DNA of 64,000 nt from Paraspadella gotoi (taxonomy: Eukaryota; Animalia; Chaetognatha). Shown in pieces: positions 1-10,954 of this stretch. The stretch's first letter is position 1, and each line of letters begins with the position of its first letter. Where the stretch lies: NCBI GenBank assembly GCA_051294375.1, contig CM119267.1, forward strand, positions 15,974,105 through 16,038,104, read 5' to 3'. The notes below the pieces were generated by a model. It was given only the letters and a program-made list of their open reading frames with translations. It was not told the origin of the DNA and ran no database searches. Made by a program: the position numbers and the translations under genes.

Positions 1-3000
1 GGAATGTTTTCTCCGACTGGAGGAGACGCTTTCGTCCGCAACAAAAGTATTCTCACCGATATGGCGGACATTCGTCGCGAAATGGGAATCTGCCCGCAAC
101 ACGACGTCCTGTTTGACGACCTGACCGTCCGCGAACACCTCATATTTTTTGGCCGACTTAAGAATTGTTCTCCCGACGTTTTGGACTCTGAGATTGACTC
201 GCTGTTAGGAGATCTACTCCTTGAGCCTAAAAAATTCGAATTGGCTAAAACATTGTCGGGCGGGCAAAAGAGAAAACTCTCGGTGGCAATCGCTTTAATC
301 GGGCAGTCAAAGGTTGGACGCTAAAACTGCATTCCTATTTGGTTTCTGTTACAAGTATGTATTTTTATTTATAATTATTTGTATCAAGGTGGTTCTACTC
401 GACGAACCGACGAGCGGTATGGACCCTTCCGCGCGTCGATTGACTTGGAATGTTTTGAAGAAGTACAACGCGGGTCGAACGATGCTATTGACTACTCATT
501 TTATGGACGAAGCCGACGTTTTGGGTCACGTGATAGCCATCATGGCTTCCGGAAAAGTCGTTTGCACTGGAAGTCCACTCTTTCTCAAAACAAAATTAGG
601 TATTTTTCAGATGAACGTCTATATTTTTGTTATTAAAAAAAATATAATCCTGAATTACATTCTTATATTCTAGTGAAATTTTATAATTTCTGACTTTCTC
701 GAAGTCGGTTTGATACAATCCTATTACAATGTACATACTTAATCCAATAAACTAATAAAAATAAATTTTAAACAGGCGCTGGCTATCATTTGGTGATTGT
801 GAAAGCTTCCAAATATGATCACCGATCCACTGACACCCTGGTCAAAACTCACGTTCCTGAAGCTGTCGTGGAGCGAAACATTCTGGCTGAAGTTGCCTTC
901 GTTCTTCCCAAGGAGCGCGTCCACTGCTTTTCAGATCTTTTTAGGTCTCTTGAGTTCAGCAAGGCCGATCTGGGTATCTCAAGCTTTGGGTGCGCCGTTA
1001 CTTCTATCGAAGAGGTTTTCCTTCGAGTTGGCGATGATGAAACTGCCATGTCGAAACTGATGTCTGCCGCTGAGTCTGCCGACCAATCTACCGTAGAACA
1101 AGAATTCGCTGCCGACCCGACACAAGCTTCAAATGTGAACGAAAAGAGCCCCGTAGAAGAAAATGGCGAGGTCGATCGCAACAAAGGGTTTACGCTTGCC
1201 TGTCAACAGTTTTACGCGATGCTCGTAAAACGAATGCTGCATACTTGGCGGAATCGACTGGTCACCGTGTCGCAGCTCCTTGTGCCCAACCTTTTTACTC
1301 TGCTCATCCTCTTCATCATCCAAATCTCCCCAGACATGAAAGATTCGCCGCCGTTAAACTTGAATCTTCGAGGTTTTGGGCCAACTCTTTCTCCGGTCTT
1401 GTCTAAACCTGGGAGTTTGATGACGAATCACTTGACGCAAACTTATCAAAGTTATTTTGATGATAATAAAGACGAAGTGGTTGATGTTAGAGGAATAAAC
1501 GTACCAGCCTTCCAAAATCTAAGCGATATCGACCAGTTCGCACTAAAATTCTCAACGAAAAGTTTACGAAAATATACGGATGAGATCTTAATAGGGGCTC
1601 ATTTCGGCAGTATCGACGAGTCTTGCTTCCGAGGTGTCGGTCGCTCAGTTTCTGATTATTTGCAAACGATGGCTGCCGAATCTACGGAGAAGGAAAGGAA
1701 GCAGCTCAACGATGCCATCGTACAAAGATTTAAAGGGTCGCGGTTCTCATCCGCCTATGGCGGATTGGTGTGTCAGACTTACGCTAAAGAAATCGAATTG
1801 GAAGCCAACAGAACGAATATTTCCCTCGAAGAATTGCACGATACTAAGGGGGGTCAGCATTTTGTGGAAGGATATTTTAACGACAATCCCTTTCATACGC
1901 CGGCCATTTCTTTACACGCCTTATCTCACGCCATGATGCGAACTGTTTCCAACGTCTCCCTGTATTCCTACAACCATCCTCTGCCACGCACAGTCAACGA
2001 TAAGCTCGACGACACTCTCACGTTAAATTTTCGTTTTTCCGGATCCTTCAATTTCGGTTTTTTGTATGGAATGTCTTTTCTCGGAGCCTCTTTCATCGTG
2101 TTTTTGATCAAAGAAAGAGTTTCCAAATCTAAACACATTCAAATCTTATCCGGCGTTCATTACTTCAATTTTTGGTTAGCTACCTTCGTTTGGGACTACG
2201 TCAACTTTCTCGTTCCTTGCTTCATTACAGTCCTTTTGTTCTACCCTTTCCAAATCGAAGCCTTTATCAACTCGGGAATACACAACTCCATTATCCTAAT
2301 GCTCTGCTTTGGTCTCGGTCAGCTTCCTTTCATTTATTGCATCTCTTTGCTTTTCCAAGAGTCGACGGCCGGTTTTGTTTACACGTCCGTTCTCAACATC
2401 TTCGTCGGTCTCTTCCTCATGATCGCCATCGGAATCCTCAAGGCCTTCGACCTGGACGAACTCGCCGATTCCATCCAGAGCATCGCGCTTCTCATCTCGC
2501 CGCCCTTCGTCATCGGCAACGCCATGCAGAATCTCTACGTCAATTATTGGAACTTTCGCATGTGCGAGCTCGACCTGCCAACCACGAGAGATCTTTTTAA
2601 GTCTTTCATACCGGCCGACGCGCTCCAGAGCTCCGGCATGAATTGGTTCGGTCCACTCGACGAAGACGAGCTGCTTGACTGGTTCGAAGACGAGAAGATC
2701 TTTGAAAAAAGCTCCGGCATTAATCTGACACTGGGCGAGATTCTGGCCAAACCGGCCAAAGAGGCGTTGTGCCTCATCGTTGAGCAGGCCAACGTGTCTT
2801 ATCCTTGTTGCCCAAACAGCGATTGCGAGGACACAATCGTCGGTTGCGCTGTCCACGTACCTTACCTCAGTTTGGAATTTCCCGGTGTAGGACGTCACCT
2901 TCTATATTTTTTCGCTCATTTCGTCATCTTCTTCTTAATTCTCTTCGTTTATGAATCTGAAATTCTGAGGGCGCCTTTCTACGCACTCTGTGCCCGTTGG

Positions 3001-4340
3001 CGGTTTTTTCGTTCCCGATTCGGTCAAAAGTCGCGCTCTTCTTTGGTCAAAGCCGGGGCTGACGTGGAAATGGCGGAGGGGTTCGTCAACGGGGTGCCCG
3101 ATGGCGAGGAAGACGCCGATGTCGAGGCGGAGCGGCGGAAAATAAGAGAGTTCCGGAACAAAATGCGAAAAGAGAAAACTAACGAAGTGCCTTTGCTGAT
3201 GTTGGACGAACTGAAAAAGATTTACACTTCGAGCCAAGTCACCGCCGTCGATGGCATCTCAGTCGGAATCCCTCGCGGGGAATTATTCGGATTATTGGGA
3301 CTGAACGGGGCAGGTGGGCGAATCGTTTTTTGTTTTTTTTTGTATAAAATTGTTAGCCTTGTCAGTTTTAAATATGCAAATTGCAATATTTTTAGGTAAG
3401 ACGACAACATTCAAGATGTTAACTGGCGACGAGACAGTGACCGAAGGCAACGCCATCCTGTCCGGAGTCTTTGACGTCCGCTCGAACCTGCGCCAAATGC
3501 AACAGCGTATGGGCTATTGCCCTCAGTCCGATGCGCTAATCGACCAGATGACGGGAAGGGAGACTTTGCGAATGTACGCTCGACTTCGCGGCATTTTCGA
3601 GTCTCGCATCGAAGCCATGATAGAAGAGGTCACCAAAGATTTGCTTCTTGACGATCACATCGACAGGTTGGTCGGAGGTTACAGCGGCGGCAACAAAAGA
3701 AAACTCAGCACCGCGATAGCCCTCATTGGTGATCCCCAGTTGGTGAGTCGAATTTCATCACCTGATGATGGATTTTTTTATTGTATGTAATTTCTTTCTT
3801 CAGGTCTTGCTCGATGAACCGACGACCGGCATGGATCCCGTGGCTCGACGACTTCTCTGGGACGCCCTCATTCGCATACGGGACAAGTCGCGTCAAAGCA
3901 TCGTCCTCACTTCCCATTCCATGGAAGAGTGCGACACTCTCTGCACGCGATTGGCCATCATGGTCAACGGACGGTTCACCTGCCTCGGATCCCCGCAGTA
4001 TTTAAAGGGAAAATTCGGCGAAGGATTTCATCTCGTCGTGCGGCTTCGCATTGACGACGACGACGACGACGAGAGCGGCGAGCGAGCTTACGAAGAAGCG
4101 GCGAGGTTTGTCCGCTCCCAATTTCCGGATGCGCGGTTGGAAGATTTTACGTCGACGGCGAGAGGCTCGTTAGTGTGTCAGATCCCGGAAACGGCCACGC
4201 TTTCATGGTCAGAGGTTTTTCGAGTCATGGAGACGGCGAAGGAAGAGCTTTGCGTCGACGATTACTCTTTGTCTCAGACTACTTTGGAAAAGGTGTTTCT
4301 CAATTTTGCCAAGAGTCAGCGATCTGAGGATGGGAACTGA
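1..4340 (+). CDS. ABCA3-like: ABC transporter subfamily A (ABCA3-like), 5'-truncated; exons <1-312, 389-599, 776-3313, 3396-3742, 3804-4340
   Basis: NBD1 ([42 protein letters not shown]), regulatory segment ([17 protein letters not shown]), TMD2 ([12 protein letters not shown]) and NBD2 (GLNGAG|[46 protein letters not shown]). Four GT-AG introns join the ORF pieces in frame. Confidence 0.95.
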
Positions 4341-4930
4341 TGGAGCGAATTTACCACCTGAAATTACCTTTTTTTATTCTCTCTCTTTTGTTTGAATGAT
4401 CTGATAGAGAATATCAATATGGTTGAAACAATCAAATCTGATTCTATTCCTTATTTTTTCATTTGTAACCAAAACCCAAGGCTCAAATTTTTTTGCGAAG
4501 TTTTATTTATTTTTGGGTTGCTTATTTAATTTTATCATTTTATTACTTATTTGATGCAACTCAAAAAAATATTTTGTCTCTTCGTAAATTCTGGCCTTTT
4601 TACCTTTAATATTTTCGTGATTTCTGTTGTTGCTTATTCTTAATCCAGTGATAATGGTTTTTTGACCATAATAACTAAGTTTTGGTATGCTGCATGCAGC
4701 ATCGTACAGCATTTTACATTAGAACTAATTGCGCTATAATTGTCGTTTTCACGTTGACACCTGATATTTTTTTTTCCGGGATGGGTAGTTATATTTATTA
4801 ACCTTGTTACAAATCGCATGTATACTGGTCAGTCGTTTATTAATTTATTTTAATAGTAGTATAATTATAAGTTAATTACAACTCCTGATTTATTTTTTGG
4901 CTCAACTTCTCGTCTTGCTATTTTCAGAAA

Positions 4931-6019
4931 ATGGCGACTCCCGAGGCGCTCTGGCGTCTAATGGAACAATTGAAAAACATGGAACATGCGTTGACGGAAA
5001 TTCTCATGGAATCTTTGCTGAAAATCGCTTCCGTGACTTCGACGACCGTTTTTCTCTTGGTGGAGGAGAGCGTTGGCGGCGTTCGACGCATTGCCGCTTC
5101 TCCTCGTTTCGCCGACGCCTTCAAGAACGGCGTCCTGGTCCCAACCGGGGAAGAGGTGGAGATCTCGCTCGTTCAGGACGGCGGATCTGTTTCTGTGGTG
5201 CACAATCCGTTCGTCGTTGAACCGGAGTCGTCTTTGGTTGCAAACCCCGCTCTTTCCCGGCGCCGAGGCCAAAAACGTATTTTTGACGTGTTGGGGGGCG
5301 AAAGTAGCGGCCGTTCGAAGCATTTCAAGCGGACCGCCAAGCCAAGCTCCGCTCCAACTACTTCGTCGTCTTCGTTGGATGTAGTCGTCTTGAAAAGCGA
5401 AGTGGAGGACATAGTTGAGTCGGAATCTTCACGAGACGTCCTCTCCGTTCAGCCAGTGGACACGAACAGCTTGACCAAACCCGAGGTTGACGACGACTCC
5501 CCTGTATATCTTCCAACCTCGATCCCCGCTATTCCTCTTTTCGCTTCGGACGTCGACGGCTTTGTCCCCGAGCGTTCAAACCCCGATCGTAACGGTTTTC
5601 CGGATGCCTGGCATCCCCCGGAGCTGTCGGCTAAGACAACACCGGAACTCTATGGATTTGATGTTGAGAAATATTTGCTCGAGAACGAGAAGTACCGGAC
5701 AGTTGCCAACATCAAGGACATCGCCATCATGGAAAAATCGCACACGTACAATAAGCTCCTCACGTCTTTCTTGTACGACATATCCAAAATGGTGGTTTTA
5801 CACAGCCCGTTTCGCGAAAATAAAAACAAACAAAACGCCGAGTATTTTAATAAAGTTTTCGAAATAGTTTGGGAGCATTTTCCTTATTTAAACGAGCTCA
5901 ATGAAATGCGTTTGAAATTTAATGGAAAGAGTCCAAGATATTTTGTCAGGCACACTATGCAAGCTTATTGCATCGTTCTCATGTCTAAGTGTGTCGCCCA
6001 GACGAAAGATATGGGCTAG
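4931..6019 (+). CDS. Uncharacterised family paralogue 1 (MADS-like N-terminal module + conserved helical C-terminal domain), 362 aa, intronless CDS
   Basis: Long ORF clearly homologous at both ends to ORFs 9603 and 10955 (LKIASVTSTTVFLLVE; TSFLYDISK...RYFVRHTMQ). Has a basic patch RRRGQKR and a SUMO-like motif LKSE. Confidence 0.85.
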   Translation: MATPEALWRLMEQLKNMEHALTEILMESLLKIASVTSTTVFLLVEESVGGVRRIAASPRFADAFKNGVLVPTGEEVEISLVQDGGSVSVVHNPFVVEPESSLVANPALSRRRGQKRIFDVLGGESSGRSKHFKRTAKPSSAPTTSSSSLDVVVLKSEVEDIVESESSRDVLSVQPVDTNSLTKPEVDDDSPVYLPTSIPAIPLFASDVDGFVPERSNPDRNGFPDAWHPPELSAKTTPELYGFDVEKYLLENEKYRTVANIKDIAIMEKSHTYNKLLTSFLYDISKMVVLHSPFRENKNKQNAEYFNKVFEIVWEHFPYLNELNEMRLKFNGKSPRYFVRHTMQAYCIVLMSKCVAQTKDMG

Positions 6020-6350
6020 CGAGACTCAGTTTTATACGGAATTACGGATTGATTTGTCATAAGTAGACACACCATTTGGAATAAGAGCCTATTTAAAAAA
6101 TTAACAAAGAGTACCACTACTTTAGTTTTTCTTAGTCATTTCTTACTAGATCGTTTAAAAACGAAAAGATTGTTTTTCCAAATCTATCCTAAATTTATAA
6201 TTAACATTTTCTCTGTATTAATATATGAAACGAATATTAACGGCGCCATTGCTTGAAAGTGGTGTTTTTTTCCGATAGATTTTTAAATGGCAAGGCTTTG
6301 CCATTTTAGCCTATGAAAAGACAGTAATTAATGATAAATGTTAGTGACAG

Positions 6351-6550
6351 AACCGTTCAATATAAGCAGTCCCTGAGCTTTGGATCAGGCTGTAACACCA
6401 TGTTACAGGCGGGTTAACCGCCCCGTCCCTCTTAACTGCTAGGCGACCACCGGGCTAGAACCCCGGACCTTTGGGTTGGGAGGCGAATGACTTGCCTCCG
6501 GCACCAATGGCCGCTGATGAACGGTTGGTGGATTTTAGTCCACCATAGCT
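6351..6550. mobile_element. Short non-autonomous element containing a tRNA-like segment (tRNA-derived SINE or Helentron/HINE-like)
   Basis: Inverted 9-mers AACCGTTCA (6351) and TGAACGGTT (6518), a terminal hairpin TGGTGGA-ttttag-TCCACCA (6526-6545), internal hairpins, and GC-rich sequence within an AT-rich spacer. Confidence 0.5.
6442..6514 (-). pseudogene. tRNA-Gly(CCC)-like pseudo-tRNA / SINE head
   Basis: Acceptor stem GCGGCCA/TGGTCGC, T-arm CCGGG-GTTCTAG-CCCGG (B-box-like) and anticodon loop CTCCCAA. The anticodon stem has two mismatches and the D-arm is poor, so it is unlikely to be a functional tRNA. Confidence 0.55.
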
Positions 6551-6720
6551 ACATATCGAGTGAGAAGTTTACAATTTTATATGAACGACTTTTTTTACTT
6601 AGTTCACATATCTTACGAGACATTTAATAGTTGTCATTGCAATCTGGTCATATAAAAATCGATTTTTACTATGTTTTTATAGTCACCCAGTCAGTTGTCC
6701 GGAAGCCCTAGGCATCATCA

Positions 6721-8395
6721 ATGGCGGCAATGGTTCCACAGTGGAAGTCCCTCGACGTTCCCCTGATCGAAGCCATGTCGGAATTGGTTCTTCGGCTTTC
6801 TCCTCTTTGTTCCACTACACAAACTCTCCTGTTGATCGAGGTACTGCGATCTTTTAGCCAACCGATTGTTTTCGACGTCGTCCACAATGTATACAATTGC
6901 CGCGGTGAGATTTTTGCATTTAAAAAAAAAATTTTAGGGACCCCACGGACGTCGGGCCTTCGGATCTGAATCACTAATTGATAAATATTATCACGGAGCC
7001 TTAATCCCTTCGAATAAAGAGCGAAAAATCTATGTTGACGAAACCAAATCGGGGAACAGAGTCGGGCCACTTTCTTCGAACGATCTCGATTCGTTATTCT
7101 CTAAAAAACCAGAGGGACAGGAAAAGAGGAACCATGCTACATTGGCTTATCCACCCCCCAAAATTCAAAGAAATCGACTGTTGGTTAATGGCGTCGAAAA
7201 GGAACATGACAACTGCGTTGGGAACGATACAAGGTTCCCTCCGTATATTCCTCGAGTTGGAGTGACCAATTGCCGTCCTGCTTCTTCTTCTTCTCAAAAT
7301 TCTCCGACTAAGAAAAAAAATGTGCCAAAAGGAAAATCATCTCAAACAAGCTGTCATTGGCATTTGCCAAGGACGCAGCGTGCCCTTAGAACACCAACAG
7401 ATTTTGAAAAGTTGAAACAAAGTCCTGTTATTTCTACCCATGTAAGCCCTTCGCCAGCAGCCTCCAAACGGGGATCGGACAACGCCGCGGACGACCGTTT
7501 GGAACCGAAACGGCGTCTGCTCGAGATGCATCTTCTACCCGATTTGAACGAACCGAGGGAAGAAGCCGTGTCCCTCCCTGAAATGCCCAAAGATATCAAT
7601 CAAGAAAAAGACATATTAACTGCCTTAGCCATATTGCCGTCACATCCATTGTCTAACGCCCCTTCTTCCAATCCTCCATCTTCCAATCCATCGTCAAGGC
7701 TTCAATGCTACAGGTATTAAGTACAAATTAGGTCAGTGATCCATCGGTTCGGTAACTAACGTAAAATTCAGACGTATGCTTTGCGTTATTATAAATTAAT
7801 TAATAAATTAATAATAAATTAATAATTAAATTAATTAATCGTTGCTACCACTCCAGTATTTTATGTAAACAGGGACGAGCCAGCCGTTGATGTAAAATTG
7901 GAACCAGCCGAAGACGACCAGAACGAAGATCCGAATACTGAGACTGAACAATCGCCTGTTCTCCCCAAGACAGAGACCTCGGATGTGACGTTCGAAGGTC
8001 ATTTCGATTTCCCCAGCCTGTCATCCTTCCTCGACGACTCCGCCGAGTTTCTGAACGAATCCCTTTATTCTCAAGGAGAAGCTTCGGAAGAAGCGACGAA
8101 CCTGTTGTGCCCTCAACCGAGTCTTCCTTTCATCGGCAGCGAAACGTTGCTCAAGCCTTTGCTTCTGTTCGGATGGACTCGTGAGATCGTCTTTCGCTCC
8201 AGCGGAAAAAGCAGCGACACGTACTACTGGTCGCCGAGTGGAAAGAAATATCGATCCATGCGCGAAGTGGAGGATTATTTGACTAAAACAAACAACAAAG
8301 ATTTATCTGTCGACAATTTCATATTTTTAGCCGGGCTCGTTGGGGGCGGTGAAAGAGAAAAGACTAGGGTGTGTCGTCCTAAGGTTTCATCATAA
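6721..8395 (+). CDS. Family paralogue 2: MADS-like N-terminal module + C-terminal methyl-CpG-binding domain (MBD); exons 6721-6840, 6938-7713, 7873-8395
   Basis: GT-AG introns at 6841-6937 (phase 0) and 7714-7872 (phase 2) give one open frame. The spliced N-terminus ELVLRLSPLCSTTQTLLLIE|GPHGRRAFGSESLIDKYYHGAL matches the paralogues. The C-terminus PLLLFGWTREIVFRSSGKSSDTYYWSPSGKKYRSMREVEDYL...DNFIF is an MBD. Confidence 0.85.
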
Positions 8396-9602
8396 ATTAA
8401 TTCGATTCAAACAATAAAAAAACTATTTTGGACCAATTCGTACGAGTCAGTTAATTTTATTGTCAAATATATTTTTAAATGTGATGGATAGCTTATTTAT
8501 TAAATGAATGGATATTGGATAATTTTTATATTGGTTGTACCAATTTCATATAAATACTTCTAAAAAAGGTTGTTTCTAACTGTTTTTACTTTTTTTAATC
8601 AAGAGGATTAATACTATTATTATTATTAATATTATATTTTTAACATAATATTTTTTATTAGAAAATTAGAAATGAGAAAATTATACAATGTCTAGTTTTG
8701 AGGAAAAAAAAAGGTCCTTGGCAAGCAGTGAAAAAGATTGATCCACTATAAAGTAAACAAGGTTAGTTATTGTTTCATAATATGATGATGAATTGTTTTT
8801 TACTAATTAAAAAATTATAAATAAAAATGATAATTTTGTTCATAAAAATGTTACCCGGAGCTTTATAACTTTTATTAATATTTTACAATATAAAAAGAAT
8901 ATTCTGGATTATTTACAGCATTAATATATTTTTAATACCGCTTTAATTTTGACATATGAATTAAGATTTATCCCTAAATCTTTCTTAATGGAGATAATAC
9001 AATAACCATTTAACATGAGATTAAGAAAAGAGATTTTTAATAATAATGGTTTAACTCAAAAAGTAATAAAAAAGAACCGGAAATTAATAAAATTATAAAG
9101 TGTAAATATAAAAAAGATAAAAAAGAAGCATTTTTAGGACAACTCATTTTCTTTTGCATAGAACTTTGGTATTTTTTGTTGTACATAAATGAGATACAGC
9201 TCATATGAATCACAAAAGGCTAAAGTTTTAAAGTGTTAAATTTTATTTTTTATTCATACATTAAAATGCCTAAAAATAGCTGGAAATTTACCGCGACAAT
9301 TTTTTTTCATCATGGTAAAACTGAATAAGTAATTAGAAATTACAACCAAGCTGGTTTCAAGATGATATTGATTGCAATTTCGGTTCGCCCCTAATTCTGT
9401 TTGAAATTTTTGTATAATTAACAAATTCTAATTAAATTAAATTATTGTAAGTATTCTGTGGTTCAAAGGTTATTTTTTTCCTCTTTAATGTTGCTCAATA
9501 CGAACTGTTTCATGAGAAATTTTAGCAAAAATTTTCGACGAATTACATTTCTAATTATTCTTAATTGTTAATTTTTTTGTTAGCTTTAAGTTTAGTATCA
9601 CC

Positions 9603-10646
9603 ATGGCAACGGCGGAAAACGTATTCAACTTGGCCGAGCAGCTTCAGCACTTCGAGACTTCCCTGACGAACATCATGTTCGAAGTTTCTCTCAAACTCTC
9701 CTCCCTCACGAACAGTCGAGTCTTTCTCCTTGTCGACAATGGTGTCTGCCGGAAATTGGCAGGAGATTCTAACTTGTGTCAAGCCTATTCTACGGTAGGC
9801 CTTAAGTCGGCTGGCAACGACTTTCGCGTGGAACTCGAACAACCTTTCAATGGATTAAAACAATCCGCGTCGCCGTCCTGTCTGCCGCCTCCTCCGCCGA
9901 CGTCTATGCACTTTGCTTATGACACGCCTAACGACGTCGGTGCCGCCCTCGCAGAATCCGGAGCTTCGATCGCCCACAAGCGAAGTCACGAAAATATCCG
10001 TGACGCGCCACCGACGATACCGAAGCGTCAACGTCTTTCGCTGTCCTCTTTGAACGTTGATTTTCATCCATCCAATCCGGATCCGATCGTGGACGGAAGG
10101 GGGGGCGAGGACGACGACGTCATCATCGAGGAAAACGAAACTAAGATGGAGTCGTTGCAGATTCGTCCCTTTTTCGACGCTGATCTGATGGAGCGCTCCT
10201 TCGACCAGACTGTTAAAAACCACCACGGCGACCTGGCCGTGACTATCGCCTCCGACGACGTCAACGCTTATTTGCTTGAGAATTCCAAAGTGGCCGCCTT
10301 TCGCCAGATGTCTCTGGACGTCAACGACTCGGAACTCGACGTCGCCTCTCCCGTCTTCAAGATCATGACGTCCGTCCTTTACGACGTTTCAAAAACTGCA
10401 GCGTTGACGGCGCCCGCGCGAGACAAGCGTCACCCTAACGCCAGGGCACACTTCGAAGCTACCTTCGAGAGAATCCTTCTCGAATTTCCACACATTCAGA
10501 CTCTCAACGACAGGGGGATCAAGGTCAAGGGAATGAGACTGAGAAACTTTGTAAGAAACACGATGCAAAAGACTTATGGGAAATTGTTAGACAAAAGTCT
10601 CGCCAATCGCCTCGTGGAAACGAATTTGCTTGAGACCATATCTTGA
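9603..10646 (+). CDS. Uncharacterised family paralogue 3, 347 aa, intronless CDS
   Basis: Good Kozak context ACCATGG. N-terminal IMFEVSLKLSSLTNSRVFLLVDN, NLS-like PKRQR, C-terminal TSVLYDVSK...RNFVRNTMQKTYGKLLDK. Confidence 0.87.
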   Translation: MATAENVFNLAEQLQHFETSLTNIMFEVSLKLSSLTNSRVFLLVDNGVCRKLAGDSNLCQAYSTVGLKSAGNDFRVELEQPFNGLKQSASPSCLPPPPPTSMHFAYDTPNDVGAALAESGASIAHKRSHENIRDAPPTIPKRQRLSLSSLNVDFHPSNPDPIVDGRGGEDDDVIIEENETKMESLQIRPFFDADLMERSFDQTVKNHHGDLAVTIASDDVNAYLLENSKVAAFRQMSLDVNDSELDVASPVFKIMTSVLYDVSKTAALTAPARDKRHPNARAHFEATFERILLEFPHIQTLNDRGIKVKGMRLRNFVRNTMQKTYGKLLDKSLANRLVETNLLETIS

Positions 10647-10954
10647 ATCTTAACTAAATTCTTATTTAACGAGTTATAATTTCAATAATTATAGTTGATG
10701 TATACCGAGTATGTGCTTTTGTTTTTTAAATTATTAGTTTTAAATTGGGTATTTATTAACTTAGGGATTTGTTCTTGATTTTCATAATAAAAAAATGTCT
10801 CAGACAATTCGTCATTGGTTTGAAAATTAGTTCATAGTTAACAATCCGTTTGCCTGGGTTATCTTTAAATTTTCAAGTTTATACCCTTGTATCCGCATCG
10901 CTCATATCATAATTTAAATTGATGTTCGTATTGTTGTAGCCTTCCTCGCTTAAC

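Noticed and set aside
2172-2898. Alternative-frame and antisense ORFs inside ABCA (and likewise at 11186-12041)
   Set aside because: By-products of GC-rich codon usage in the real CDS.
6442-6514. Functional tRNA-Gly gene
   Set aside because: Broken anticodon stem, weak D-arm and no oligo-T terminator directly downstream; recorded as a pseudo-tRNA or SINE part.
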